Assembly: GCA_018651345.1 (NCBI GenBank)
Contig: JABIEF010000057.1
Coordinates: 8,178-72,177 of the forward strand
Length of the DNA: 64,000 bases
Direction: 5' to 3'
Origin: Rhodobiaceae bacterium
GTDB taxonomy: Bacteria; Pseudomonadota; Alphaproteobacteria; Rhizobiales; TMED25
The notes beneath the pieces were generated by a model. That model did no database searches, was not told where the DNA came from, and was given only the letters and a program-made list of their open reading frames with translations. The translations under genes and the position numbers were made by a program. Positions 29,945-39,742 of the stretch are shown here, in pieces (position 1 is the stretch's first letter; each line of letters opens with the position of its first letter).

Positions 29945-30673
29945 TTGATAAGCTTAATTAATCCAACTAATTTTAATAAACTATCAGAAAAAATAATTCA
30001 ATTTATCGGTTTATTTTCTTTAGCCTTATTTATTGTGGGAATTTATTGGGGTTTAGTAATTGCGCCAATTGATTATCAACAGGGAGAGATGGTTAAAATT
30101 ATGTATATCCATGTGCCTTCTGCATGGATGGCCTTATTGATATATTCGTTCATAACATTGATGAGCATTATTACAATTATTTTTAGAAATCCAATTACAG
30201 TGATTGCAGCAAAATCCGCAGCGCCAATTGGTTTGATATTTACTTTAAGTGTATTATTAACTGGAGCCATATGGGGCAGGCCAATGTGGGGTGTTTGGTG
30301 GGTATGGGATGCCAGGCTTACTTCAGTAATGTTCTTATTTTTTATTTATATAGGTTATATTCTACTTTTAAGAAGTCAAAATACTTCCATGAAATCTGAA
30401 AAAATAGCTGCAATTTATGCAATAATTGGTTTTATTAATATACCAATAATTAAATTTTCAGTTGATTGGTGGAATACATTGCATCAACCAGCTAGTATTT
30501 TAAAAATTGATGGTCCGTCAATACATTCGTCGATGCTTTATCCTCTGATTATAATGTTTTTTGCTTTTTCTATTTTATTTTTATATCTACTCCTTCTCTC
30601 AATGAGAATAGAATTAATAAAAAATAAAATTAGGGCTATCAATCAAAGAAGAATAAATGATATTAATAATTAG
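29945..30673 (+). CDS. ccmC: heme exporter protein CcmC
   Basis: 242 aa with a TTG start. Trp-rich heme-handling motif WGRPMWGVWWVWDARLT. Confidence 0.93.
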   Translation: MISLINPTNFNKLSEKIIQFIGLFSLALFIVGIYWGLVIAPIDYQQGEMVKIMYIHVPSAWMALLIYSFITLMSIITIIFRNPITVIAAKSAAPIGLIFTLSVLLTGAIWGRPMWGVWWVWDARLTSVMFLFFIYIGYILLLRSQNTSMKSEKIAAIYAIIGFINIPIIKFSVDWWNTLHQPASILKIDGPSIHSSMLYPLIIMFFAFSILFLYLLLLSMRIELIKNKIRAINQRRINDINN

Positions 30674-30697
30674 ATTAATATTTTTAGGATAATAGTT

Positions 30698-30850
30698 GTG
30701 CAAAGTGAATATATTTATTTTATCACCTCTTCTTATTTAATTACAGGATTGCTTTTTATTTTTTTATTTTTATATTTTAAGATTAACTTAATTAGACATA
30801 AAAAGACTTTAGAGAAGTTAAAATTAAAATTTTCTGAAACCGATATCTAA
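30698..30850 (+). CDS. ccmD: heme exporter protein CcmD (50 aa, GTG start)
   Basis: Below the ORF-track size cut-off. Hand translation gives VQSEYIYFITSSYLITGLLFIFLFLYFKINLIRHKKTLEKLKLKFSETDI: one TM helix plus a basic tail, in the canonical slot between ccmC and ccmG. Confidence 0.75.
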   Translation: MQSEYIYFITSSYLITGLLFIFLFLYFKINLIRHKKTLEKLKLKFSETDI

Positions 30851-30860
30851 TGATTACAAG

Positions 30861-31412
30861 ATGTATAATAAAATGCTAAAGAGCAAATTTTCCTTAATAT
30901 ATGCATTACCAGTAATTTTAGCTATAATAATTATTACAATATTATTCAACTCTCTAAAAATTACAGATCCATCAACTATTCCATCGGTTTATGTGGGTAA
31001 GGATTTTCCTGATATCAAATTTAATTTAGAAGAAAATCTGATGCCGTCTACTCCAGGTTTTACAACTAATGATTTAAAGAAAGGTCAATTATCAATAGTG
31101 AATATTTGGGCATCATGGTGCACTCCTTGTAGGGCTGAACATGAGATTTTAATGTTTTTAAGAGATAATGGAATGGTTATATTCGGTATTAATTACAAGG
31201 ATAAACTAGTAAATTCTTCTCGTTTCCTTGATGATTTAGGAAATCCATACAGTTATATAGGTATTGATAGTGATGGCATTTCAGCTATTAATCTCGGCGT
31301 CTATGGGATTCCGGAAACTTTTGTTGTTGATGGCAACGGAATTGTTTTAAAAAAATATGTTGGCCCACTAACAATTGCAGATGCTATGGAAATTATGGAA
31401 TTAAATAAATAA
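30861..31412 (+). CDS. ccmG: thiol:disulfide interchange protein CcmG/DsbE
   Basis: 183 aa with an N-terminal membrane anchor, thioredoxin motif WASWCTPC and GVYGIPETF. Confidence 0.9.
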   Translation: MYNKMLKSKFSLIYALPVILAIIIITILFNSLKITDPSTIPSVYVGKDFPDIKFNLEENLMPSTPGFTTNDLKKGQLSIVNIWASWCTPCRAEHEILMFLRDNGMVIFGINYKDKLVNSSRFLDDLGNPYSYIGIDSDGISAINLGVYGIPETFVVDGNGIVLKKYVGPLTIADAMEIMELNK

Positions 31413-31431
31413 ATTTATATAATAACATATT

Positions 31432-31872
31432 TTATTGGTTAATATTTTTCATCAAATTTTCGATGAATCTATCTTTTTTTGCAAGATTAAGCGTAGCTAG
31501 AAACTCTTCTTCAGCACGAATAATTTTATTTTGAATTTTCCTTGTGAAAACTCGTCCTTTTGGAGTAATTCTTATATTTTTTACCCTAGAATCAGTATAA
31601 TTTATTTCCATTTTAATTAATTCTTTATCAAGTAGTTTTCTAACTAAATGACTAACTGTAGTTCTATCAATATTTGTTTTGTTCTGTATCTCAATTTGAG
31701 TTGTTCCCGCTAGATAATCAATTGCTTGTAATAATAGATATTGTCTTGGTGTAATATTATATTTTTCTAGTATAGAATTTAGGATAGAATTTATTTTTTG
31801 TTCTATCTTATGAAATAAAAGAAAAATTGAGCTATCGGGATCAATTGATTTTGGTGGAGATTTTTTTCTCAT
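31432..31872 (-). CDS. MarR family transcriptional regulator
   Basis: 146 aa with a winged-helix region (ITPRQYLLLQAI....TQIEIQNKTNIDRTTVSHLVRKL). Confidence 0.8.
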   Translation of the reverse strand: MRKKSPPKSIDPDSSIFLLFHKIEQKINSILNSILEKYNITPRQYLLLQAIDYLAGTTQIEIQNKTNIDRTTVSHLVRKLLDKELIKMEINYTDSRVKNIRITPKGRVFTRKIQNKIIRAEEEFLATLNLAKKDRFIENLMKNINQ

Positions 31873-31890
31873 ATTAAGCTGTTTATTCTA

Positions 31891-32829
31891 TTAATCTGAT
31901 CTATTCTTATCTAAGCCAACCATGATATCAGCAAAATCATTGCTATTAAAGTCATTTAAATCATCAATATCTTCTCCAACTCCAATAGCATGAACTGGTA
32001 TATTAAGTTTATCAGCTATTGATACTAAAAACCCAGCACGCGCTGTGCCATCTAATTTTGTTATGATTAGCCCAGTTACATTTGATACCTTTTGGAATAT
32101 CTCTGCTTGATGAATTGCATTTTGACCAGATGTTGCATCAAGCGTTAGTAGAATTGAATGGGGGCTGCTTGGATTGATTTTTTTTAGCACTCTATTTATT
32201 TTAGCTAATTCATCCATCAATCCTGATTTATTTTGCAAGCGTCCTGCTGTATCTATAATCAGTATATCAGCTTTTTGTTGCTGAGCTCTAATCAGAGAAT
32301 CGTAGGCAACTCCAGAAGAATCTTTTTCACCTTTAATGCCTATTATTTCAATACCTAATCGATCAGCCCACACCTTCAATTGCTCAGCAGCGGCAGCCCG
32401 AAATGTATCGGCGGCTCCAAATACAACTTTATACCCTTGCTTAACGAATTTATTGCTTAATTTAGCTATTGTAGTTGTTTTCCCGGAACCGTTAACGCCA
32501 ACTACAAGTATTACATGAGGTTTTGCTGATTGATTTATTTCCAAAGGCAATGAAATTGGATTTAATTTTTGTTGAATCTCTTTTGATAAAAATATTTTTA
32601 TTTCTTCGACGCTGATATTTTTCTCAAATTTTTCAGATTTTAATTTTTCTATAATGCTAATCGATAAATCTAACCCAAGGTCAGCTTCGATTAGCAGATC
32701 CTCAAGGGATTGGAGGGTACTGGCATCAAGCCTTTTTTTAGTTAATATATTGTGTATACCCTCAGAGATTGTCGAGGATGACTTTGACAGTCCTTTTTTA
32801 AGCCTTGATATCCAATTTAACTTATTCAA
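31891..32829 (-). CDS. ftsY: signal recognition particle receptor FtsY (short form)
   Basis: 312 aa with GVNGSGKTTT, DTAGR and TKLDGTA. Confidence 0.95.
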   Translation of the reverse strand: MNKLNWISRLKKGLSKSSSTISEGIHNILTKKRLDASTLQSLEDLLIEADLGLDLSISIIEKLKSEKFEKNISVEEIKIFLSKEIQQKLNPISLPLEINQSAKPHVILVVGVNGSGKTTTIAKLSNKFVKQGYKVVFGAADTFRAAAAEQLKVWADRLGIEIIGIKGEKDSSGVAYDSLIRAQQQKADILIIDTAGRLQNKSGLMDELAKINRVLKKINPSSPHSILLTLDATSGQNAIHQAEIFQKVSNVTGLIITKLDGTARAGFLVSIADKLNIPVHAIGVGEDIDDLNDFNSNDFADIMVGLDKNRSD

Positions 32830-32850
32830 TTGTATTACCTTTTTAGATTT

Positions 32851-34116
32851 TTAGATAATTTTTGCATTTAACTTATTTTGATTAACAGACTTAATTAAAC
32901 CAGTAATAATTTCTCCTTGGTTATAATTTCCATTGAAATTAACCTCACAGTATTGCTCTGTTCGTCCAAATCCATTTTTTTCAACTAATATTTCGTGGCT
33001 TTGTCCAATTTGCTCTTCAAGAAATGAATCTAACTTAAGACTTCCTAATTTTCTCAATTCTGTAGCTCTCTTTTTGATAATGTTATTTTGTATTTGAGGC
33101 ATTTTTTCAGCAGGGGTGCATTTTTTTGCTGAGAACGGAAAAATATGCAGATAGGTAAGATTACAATTATCTATATGTTCTTTTGTATTTTTAAACATTT
33201 CATCAGTTTCTGTTGGAAATCCTGTAATTATATCTGCCCCAAAAACAGTTTCACCTCTTAATTCTCTAATTTTTTGGCAAAATTCGAGTGTGTGCTCCGC
33301 AAGATGCCTTCTTTTCATTCTTTTTAAAATAAGGTTATCGCCTGACTGAATAGACAAATGCAGATGGGGCATAATTTTTTTTTCAGATACAAAAATATCA
33401 ATAAATTCTTGGTCAATCTCTATTGAGTCAATAGAAGATATTCTTAAACGTTTAAGATCAGGTATATCTTTAATTATTAAAGCAATGAGTTTGCTAAGAT
33501 TAATATTATCATCTAAGCCTTTGCCGTATGATGTAATATCTACTCCCGTAAGCACGATTTCTGAATAACCAGTAGCAACAAGATTTTTTATTTGCTTGAT
33601 AACGTGGTTAGCAGGAACTGATCTGGAGTTACCTCTTGCATAAGGTATAATACAAAAAGTACACCTATGGTCACAGCCATTTTGAACCTCTACGAAAGCT
33701 CTTGTCTTACTTCCAAAACTTTTTAAGAGATGGGATGACGTTTCTCTGACTTCCATTATATCTGTTACTTTAATTGACGGAATACTCAGGACATTATTCT
33801 TTAAATCTTCATATGTTTTTGATAATGTTTTTTCTTGATTGCCAATTATGAAATCAACTTCATCCATTTCATTAAACTCTTCAGGATGCAACTGAGCGGC
33901 GCAGCCGGTAACTATAATTCTTTTATTTGGATAATTTCTCTTTTCTTTTCTTATCCTTTGTCTTGCTTGTCTTATTGCTTCATTGGTGACGGCGCATGTA
34001 TTAAAGAAAGTTATATTTTCTAATCCGTGTTCTATTGCCTTTTCTCTCATAATTTCTGATTCAAACATATTTAATTTGCATCCAAAAGTTATGAAATCTA
34101 AATTTTTTTCATTCAT
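32851..34116 (-). CDS. mtaB: tRNA t6A37 methylthiotransferase MtaB (radical SAM)
   Basis: 421 aa with a UPF0004 N-domain (TFGCKLN), radical SAM CDHRCTFC and a TRAM-like C-terminus. Sits in the conserved dapF-mtaB-ftsY order. Confidence 0.88.
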   Translation of the reverse strand: MNEKNLDFITFGCKLNMFESEIMREKAIEHGLENITFFNTCAVTNEAIRQARQRIRKEKRNYPNKRIIVTGCAAQLHPEEFNEMDEVDFIIGNQEKTLSKTYEDLKNNVLSIPSIKVTDIMEVRETSSHLLKSFGSKTRAFVEVQNGCDHRCTFCIIPYARGNSRSVPANHVIKQIKNLVATGYSEIVLTGVDITSYGKGLDDNINLSKLIALIIKDIPDLKRLRISSIDSIEIDQEFIDIFVSEKKIMPHLHLSIQSGDNLILKRMKRRHLAEHTLEFCQKIRELRGETVFGADIITGFPTETDEMFKNTKEHIDNCNLTYLHIFPFSAKKCTPAEKMPQIQNNIIKKRATELRKLGSLKLDSFLEEQIGQSHEILVEKNGFGRTEQYCEVNFNGNYNQGEIITGLIKSVNQNKLNAKII

Positions 34117-34123
34117 GTTGTAC

Positions 34124-34981
34124 TCATATAGTAATTAAATCTTTAGGCAAATAATCTTCATAATCAAATACTGCTTCTCCAGTCATCTGAATACGATCAT
34201 TTTCATCCCACATAATGTTCAGACTACCGCCTGGAAGGTTAACTTCAACTTCTCTTTCAGCTTTATTAATTCTGCTTGCCGCTACCGCTACTGCACATGC
34301 AGCAGTGCCGCATGCTTTTGTCATCCCAGCACCCCTTTCCCAAACTATTAGATCAATTAAGTTTCTATTCTTAATGTTGGCAAAACTAACATTAACTTTT
34401 TTTGGAAAAAGAATATCATTTTCGATTTCTGAACCAATATTACTTATATCTACTGACGCTAGGTTTTTTATCCATAATATACAATGTGGATTCCCAACAT
34501 TTACTAGACTAGGAGGATATATAGTTTCTAAGTTACCTATTTTAAAATCATAACTTATAGCACTGGTATCATCCATCTTTTTTGCAAGAGGAATATCTTC
34601 CCATTTAAATTTTGGGATCCCCATATCAACTTTAATATTTTTTTGGCTTTGCCTTGTGCAGATAAGTTCGCCAGATTTAGTTTTTATTTTTAGAGAATTA
34701 GAGTTTCTCTCTTCTAGTATTTTTAGCGCTACGCATCTCGTTGCGTTTCCGCACGCACTAATTTCTGTACCATCTTGATTCCATATTCTCATATATATAT
34801 TATTTTCACCATAATTATCAATTAAGATAACTTGATCGCACCCAATACCGAATTCCCTATTCGCTACAATGCGAATTAGTTTTTTTGTTATTTTAATTTT
34901 AACTTGTCTATTATCAAAAATTATAAAATCATTACCAAGACCATTCATTTTATAATATCTAATAGAATCTAGTGTATTCAT
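34124..34981 (-). CDS. dapF: diaminopimelate epimerase
   Basis: 285 aa with MNGLGNDF and both catalytic Cys motifs (SACGNATRC and ACGTAACA). Confidence 0.95.
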   Translation of the reverse strand: MNTLDSIRYYKMNGLGNDFIIFDNRQVKIKITKKLIRIVANREFGIGCDQVILIDNYGENNIYMRIWNQDGTEISACGNATRCVALKILEERNSNSLKIKTKSGELICTRQSQKNIKVDMGIPKFKWEDIPLAKKMDDTSAISYDFKIGNLETIYPPSLVNVGNPHCILWIKNLASVDISNIGSEIENDILFPKKVNVSFANIKNRNLIDLIVWERGAGMTKACGTAACAVAVAASRINKAEREVEVNLPGGSLNIMWDENDRIQMTGEAVFDYEDYLPKDLITI

Positions 34982-35012
34982 ATTTCACACATATAATTTT
35001 AGTTATAATTAT

Positions 35013-36200
35013 TTAATTCGAACTAGTATTTGCAAAAAAGTTCTTAATTTCTTCTATTATAAAAGTAATTTGATTATTGTTCAAATAAGGATGAAAAGGA
35101 AGGCTTATTACTTCTTTACTCAACCGTTCGCTGACAAAAAGATTTGAATTTTTTTTATGATATTTTTCATATGCAGATTGATGGTGCATTGGTTTTGGAT
35201 AATAAATCATTGTTGGTATATTTTTGCTATGTAAGTATTCTTTTAATTCATCCCTTCTCTCGGTTATGATTGTATACTGAGCCCAAGAAGAGTTTATAGC
35301 GCTACCCCTCGTAATAGGAACTTGAACCAAATCCGCTAGTCCTTTATTATATAAATTTGCGATATCACATCTTACTTTTAATTCTGTATCAAATATTTTT
35401 AATTTTTCTAATAGTATTGCGGCTTGCAAGGAATCAAATCTACCATTTACTCCAATACGCACGTTATCATAAGGATCGGCTCCTTGCCCGTGGGACCGTA
35501 TTGATTTTAGAATAATTGCTAATTCCTCATTATCTGTAAAGATTGCTCCACCGTCCCCATAGCAACCAAGCGGTTTTGTTGGATAGAAGCTAGTTGTTGT
35601 TATATCTGCTAATTTCCCCACTTTAATATTATTTACACTGGCGCCAAAAGATTGTGCGGCATCAGATATTAGATGCAGATCATATTTTTCTGCTGTTTTC
35701 TTGAGTTCTTTATAATCAGCAGGTAGTCCAAAAAGATCTACGGCTAAGATAGCAGATTTTTTATCTGATATTTTAATGTTACTTTCTATAATTTTTTTTA
35801 CTAAGTCCTCATTGGAAATATTAAATGTATGTTCATCCACATCAACAAATACAGGCGTTGCTCCAACTAAAACTATTACCTCGGCTGTTGCTGTGTATGT
35901 AAAAGAAGGTAGAAAAACTTTGCTACCTTGCCCTATTCCTAGTGATAATAAAGTTATAAAAAGAGCATCTGTGCCTGATGAAACTGATACAGCATATTTT
36001 GATCCAGTAGTAGAACATAGTTCATTTTCTAAATTTTCAACAATTGGTCCAAGAATATAGCGACCACTTTTTAATATTTCACCCACACTAGACGTTATTT
36101 CCTCTTCTATCACATCATATTGTTTTTTAAGATCAATAAAATTTATAGGAAATATATCTTCTTGTAATATGTTATTAATATTTTTGTTTGATTCAGCCAT
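35013..36200 (-). CDS. DegT/DnrJ/EryC1/StrS family PLP-dependent aminotransferase
   Basis: 395 aa with the PLP-lysine context SFYPTKPLGCYGDGGA. Confidence 0.85.
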   Translation of the reverse strand: MAESNKNINNILQEDIFPINFIDLKKQYDVIEEEITSSVGEILKSGRYILGPIVENLENELCSTTGSKYAVSVSSGTDALFITLLSLGIGQGSKVFLPSFTYTATAEVIVLVGATPVFVDVDEHTFNISNEDLVKKIIESNIKISDKKSAILAVDLFGLPADYKELKKTAEKYDLHLISDAAQSFGASVNNIKVGKLADITTTSFYPTKPLGCYGDGGAIFTDNEELAIILKSIRSHGQGADPYDNVRIGVNGRFDSLQAAILLEKLKIFDTELKVRCDIANLYNKGLADLVQVPITRGSAINSSWAQYTIITERRDELKEYLHSKNIPTMIYYPKPMHHQSAYEKYHKKNSNLFVSERLSKEVISLPFHPYLNNNQITFIIEEIKNFFANTSSN

Positions 36201-36421
36201 AAAAAACTTTCTAACAATATTATTTGGTACTCTTTGGATTTTAATTATATATACTTATATGGATACTTTATTTTGTAGTTCTTATTTTAATAGAGATTAA
36301 TCTTGTTGAAATATATACATATTATATATTTTTATATATAGAAATATATAATATCTTGTTAAATGTATATATTTTTAAAATTAAAATAGTAATGATTTAA
36401 TTTAAATTTTTGGGGTTTAAG

Positions 36422-37918
36422 ATGTTTGATACTTTATCCGATAGACTCTCAGATATATTTTCAAAACTTACGAAAAGAGGATACCTCTCTGAAGAGAATG
36501 TTGATGAAGCTCTAAAAGAGGTTAGAAGAGCTCTGATAGAAGCTGATGTAGCATTAATAGTTGTGAAGGATTTTCTTGATAAAGTCCGACAAAGAGCCGT
36601 TGGCCAAGAAGTCTTAAAGTCAGTATCACCTGCACAGTTGGTTATTAAAATAGTTAATGACACTTTAACTGATTTGTTGGGATCTGATGACTCATCTTTA
36701 AATCTAAAAGTCTCTCCCCCGTCAGTTATTATGATGGTTGGTCTCCAAGGTTCAGGTAAAACCACAACCTCAGCAAAAATAGCAAAGTTTATAAGAGATA
36801 AATATAAATTAAAAATTTTAATGGCATCCTTAGATGTTAAAAGACCTGCTGCACAGGAACAGTTAGAAATACTAGGTAGGCAGATTGGAATTGATACATT
36901 ACCTATTATAAAAGACCAAACCCCAGTTTCAATAGCTAAGAGGGCAATTGGAGCTGCTAAAGTTGGTGGCTACGATTCAGTAATACTTGATACAGCTGGA
37001 AGACTTCATGTTGACTCAGAGCTAATGAATGAAATGGAAATTATTAATTCAAATGTTACGGCTCATGAAATATTATTAGTAGCAGATTCTCTTACAGGGC
37101 AAGATGCTGTAAACGTAGCAAATTCATTCTCTGAAAAACTTCCTTTAACGGGGGTTATTTTAACAAGGCTTGATGGTGATTCACGAGGTGGAGCTGCACT
37201 TTCAATGAAAGCGATAACGGGAAAGCCTATTAAATTTATTGGTGTGGGAGAAAAGATAGGCGATATAGAAGAATTTTATCCAAGTCGTCTTGCAGGCAGA
37301 ATCCTTGGTATGGGCGATATAGTAAGTTTAGTTGAAAAGGCAAAAGAGACAATTGACACTGAGAAAGCTGAAAAAATTGCTAGTAAAATTGCTAAAGGAA
37401 TTTTTGATTTAGACGACATGTCAAGCCAATTACAGCAAATGTCAAAGATGGGGGGTATTAGTGGATTATTGGGGATGTTGCCAGGTATTGGTAAAATAAA
37501 AAAACAAATGGCAGAAGCTAACCTTGATGATTCTGTTGTAAAAAGACAAATTGCAATTATCTCTTCTATGACAAAAAAAGAGAGAAGGTCTCCAAAGATA
37601 TTAAATGCATCACGCAAGAAAAGGATTGCAAAGGGATCGGGCTCGGGTGTTCCAGAAGTCAACAAATTGGTGAAATTACATAGACAAACTTCAGACATGA
37701 TGAAAAAATTTGGTAAAAGAGGTATGCTTAATGATAATTTCGGTGTAGGAATGTCAGAGGATAATGCTAATTCATTAGATAAGCCATTAAATTTAACAGA
37801 TAATATGCTGGCTGAAATTGGAAAATCAACTACAAAAGGTCTTCCAGGCTTGCCCGGTCTTTCTGATAATAAAAATAAATTATCAGGATTATTAAATTTA
37901 ACTGGACGAAAAAAATGA
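36422..37918 (+). CDS. ffh: signal recognition particle protein Ffh
   Basis: MFDTLSDRLSDIF start (ATG at 36422; the track TTG at 36410 is less likely). GLQGSGKTTT, DTAGR and a Met-rich M domain. Has a C-terminal extension. Confidence 0.96.
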   Translation: MFDTLSDRLSDIFSKLTKRGYLSEENVDEALKEVRRALIEADVALIVVKDFLDKVRQRAVGQEVLKSVSPAQLVIKIVNDTLTDLLGSDDSSLNLKVSPPSVIMMVGLQGSGKTTTSAKIAKFIRDKYKLKILMASLDVKRPAAQEQLEILGRQIGIDTLPIIKDQTPVSIAKRAIGAAKVGGYDSVILDTAGRLHVDSELMNEMEIINSNVTAHEILLVADSLTGQDAVNVANSFSEKLPLTGVILTRLDGDSRGGAALSMKAITGKPIKFIGVGEKIGDIEEFYPSRLAGRILGMGDIVSLVEKAKETIDTEKAEKIASKIAKGIFDLDDMSSQLQQMSKMGGISGLLGMLPGIGKIKKQMAEANLDDSVVKRQIAIISSMTKKERRSPKILNASRKKRIAKGSGSGVPEVNKLVKLHRQTSDMMKKFGKRGMLNDNFGVGMSEDNANSLDKPLNLTDNMLAEIGKSTTKGLPGLPGLSDNKNKLSGLLNLTGRKK

Positions 37919-37969
37919 ATATAGGTATGAATAATAAAAAATAAATATTTTAATAATGAAGGAATAATT

Positions 37970-38362
37970 ATGGCGTTAAAGCTAAGACTTGCTAGAGGTG
38001 GTTCAAAAAAGAGACCATATTATAGAATTGTTGTAACAGATGCTAGAAATCCTAGGGATGGTCGTTTTATAGAGAAGGTTGGTACATATAATCCGTTGTT
38101 GTCTAAAGAGATTGGGAATAGGGTTACTCTTAATGAGGAACGAATAAAGTATTGGTTAGGTGTTGGAGCACAGCCAACAGATAGAGTTTTAAGATTTTTA
38201 GATGAGGCAGGATTAGCAAAAAGAACATCGCCTAACAACCCAATCAAAGGTAAGCCAGGGAAAAAAGCTCTTGAAAAAATAGAGAATGATTTAGCAGAAG
38301 CAGAGGCTCCAGCAGCAGAAGCAGAGGCTCCAGCAGCAGAAGAATTAAAGGCAAAAGATTAG
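37970..38362 (+). CDS. rpsP: 30S ribosomal protein S16 with an Ala/Glu-rich repeat tail
   Basis: [22 protein letters not shown] is the canonical S16 N-terminus. Confidence 0.96.
   Translation: MALKLRLARGGSKKRPYYRIVVTDARNPRDGRFIEKVGTYNPLLSKEIGNRVTLNEERIKYWLGVGAQPTDRVLRFLDEAGLAKRTSPNNPIKGKPGKKALEKIENDLAEAEAPAAEAEAPAAEELKAKD
38294..38342 (+). repeat. perfect 21-bp tandem repeat (2.3 copies) inside rpsP encoding AEAEAPA units
   Basis: gcagaagcagaggctccagca at 38294-38314 is repeated exactly at 38315-38335, then partially at 38336-38342. Confidence 0.95.
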
Positions 38363-38374
38363 TATAAAATTTAA

Positions 38375-38875
38375 TTGAGTAATCCGATGAATGCCAGTAT
38401 TTGTATTGGAAAAATAATCGGTCCACATGGTGTAAAGGGAAATGTTTTGGTTGAGTCTTACACAGACGATCCGCAAAGCATTGTAACCTATAAAATTCTG
38501 ACGGCACTACCTTCAAAGAATTTTGTTGTAATTTTAAATAGAAAAAGTAAAAACTTATTTATTGCTAAGGTTAAGAATATTAAAAGTCGTGACCATGCGG
38601 AAGCATTGAATGGGGAACTAATTTATATCGATCGCCTGGAATTAGAAAATTTATTAAACGATGAGTATTACTCCATAGATCTTATAAATCTTGATATTTA
38701 CAATTTAGATTTAGAAAAATTAGGTAAAGTGCTCATGGTTCATAATTTTGGTGCCGGTGACCTAATTGAAATAGAAAAGAATGATCGTAGCACGACCATA
38801 ATCCCATTTACAAAAGATAATTTCCCAGAAATAGATTTAAAATCTAAAAAAATATATATTTCTAATATAGAATGA
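38375..38875 (+). CDS. rimM: 16S rRNA processing protein RimM
   Basis: 166 aa with G.I.GPHGVKG and PRC-barrel-like halves. The start is TTG at 38375 or ATG at 38387. Lies between rpsP and trmD. Confidence 0.85.
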   Translation: MSNPMNASICIGKIIGPHGVKGNVLVESYTDDPQSIVTYKILTALPSKNFVVILNRKSKNLFIAKVKNIKSRDHAEALNGELIYIDRLELENLLNDEYYSIDLINLDIYNLDLEKLGKVLMVHNFGAGDLIEIEKNDRSTTIIPFTKDNFPEIDLKSKKIYISNIE

Positions 38876-38907
38876 AATGAAATAATTATTTATATAGAGC
38901 TAGAACC

Positions 38908-39636
38908 ATGTCGGTAAAAAAAATAGATAAAGAAAATGATAGTTGGACGGCAAGCGTTTTGACTGTAACCCCGGAAGTATTCCCTGGAACCTTAGGTGTT
39001 AGTAATGCAGGAAAATCGCTTAAAGATGGATTATGGAATTTAGACATTCACGACATCAAAGAATATGCAAACATAGAAAACTTGCGTGCTGATGGGCCTC
39101 CGGCTGGAGGTGGACCAGGCATGATATTAAGAGCAGATGTCATCTTGCCAATTATTGATATAATTAAAACTAAGGCTGACAGAAGGCCAATAATGGTCAT
39201 GACTCCAAGGGGTAAGGTGTTCAATCAATTAGATGCAAAAAAATATTCTTCTGGAGCAGGTGTAATAATTATATGTGGAAGATATGAAGGCATTGATCAA
39301 AGAGTTGTTGATTCAGTTGGGGCACTAGAGGTTTCAATTGGCGATATGGTTTTATCTTCAGGTGACATAGCAGCTTCGCTAGTTATAGATAGTTGCGTTA
39401 GATTAATTGACGGTGTGATGGGAAAAAAAGAATCTTCCTTTGAAGAAAGTTTTGAAAATGGTTTATTAGAATATCCTCAATATACACTTCCGAGAAGTTA
39501 TGGTGAACATGAAATTCCAGAAATATTATTGTCAGGAAATCATGAAAAAATTAAAAAATGGAGAATAGAAAAATCAATTAATACTACAAAGAACAATAGG
39601 CCAGATTTATGGAGAAAATATTTAAAAAGTGATTAA
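38908..39636 (+). CDS. trmD: tRNA (guanine37-N1)-methyltransferase TrmD
   Basis: 242 aa with ICGRYEGIDQRV and SIGD.VLSGG-like (SIGDMVLSSGD) motifs. Confidence 0.95.
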   Translation: MSVKKIDKENDSWTASVLTVTPEVFPGTLGVSNAGKSLKDGLWNLDIHDIKEYANIENLRADGPPAGGGPGMILRADVILPIIDIIKTKADRRPIMVMTPRGKVFNQLDAKKYSSGAGVIIICGRYEGIDQRVVDSVGALEVSIGDMVLSSGDIAASLVIDSCVRLIDGVMGKKESSFEESFENGLLEYPQYTLPRSYGEHEIPEILLSGNHEKIKKWRIEKSINTTKNNRPDLWRKYLKSD

Positions 39637-39742
39637 ATTTTAAAATTAATCTACAGTTAATAGTAATATTAGAATTGTATAAATTCAAAAATATTAGTAG
39701 TATCTAGGTTAAGTTTATTTATTGTGTTAATGGGGAATTATT

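Noticed and set aside
36397-36765. A 122-aa minus-strand ORF overlapping the 5-prime end of ffh. Similar long antisense ORFs occur at 37276-37698, 19738-20193, 41296-41682, 28093-28455, 15817-16161 and 5839-6213.
   Set aside because: All lie fully inside well-supported conserved genes on the other strand. They have low-complexity, hydrophobic or Ser/Ile/Phe-rich translations and lack recognisable motifs. Long antisense ORFs are expected by chance in AT-rich genes with few antisense stop codons.
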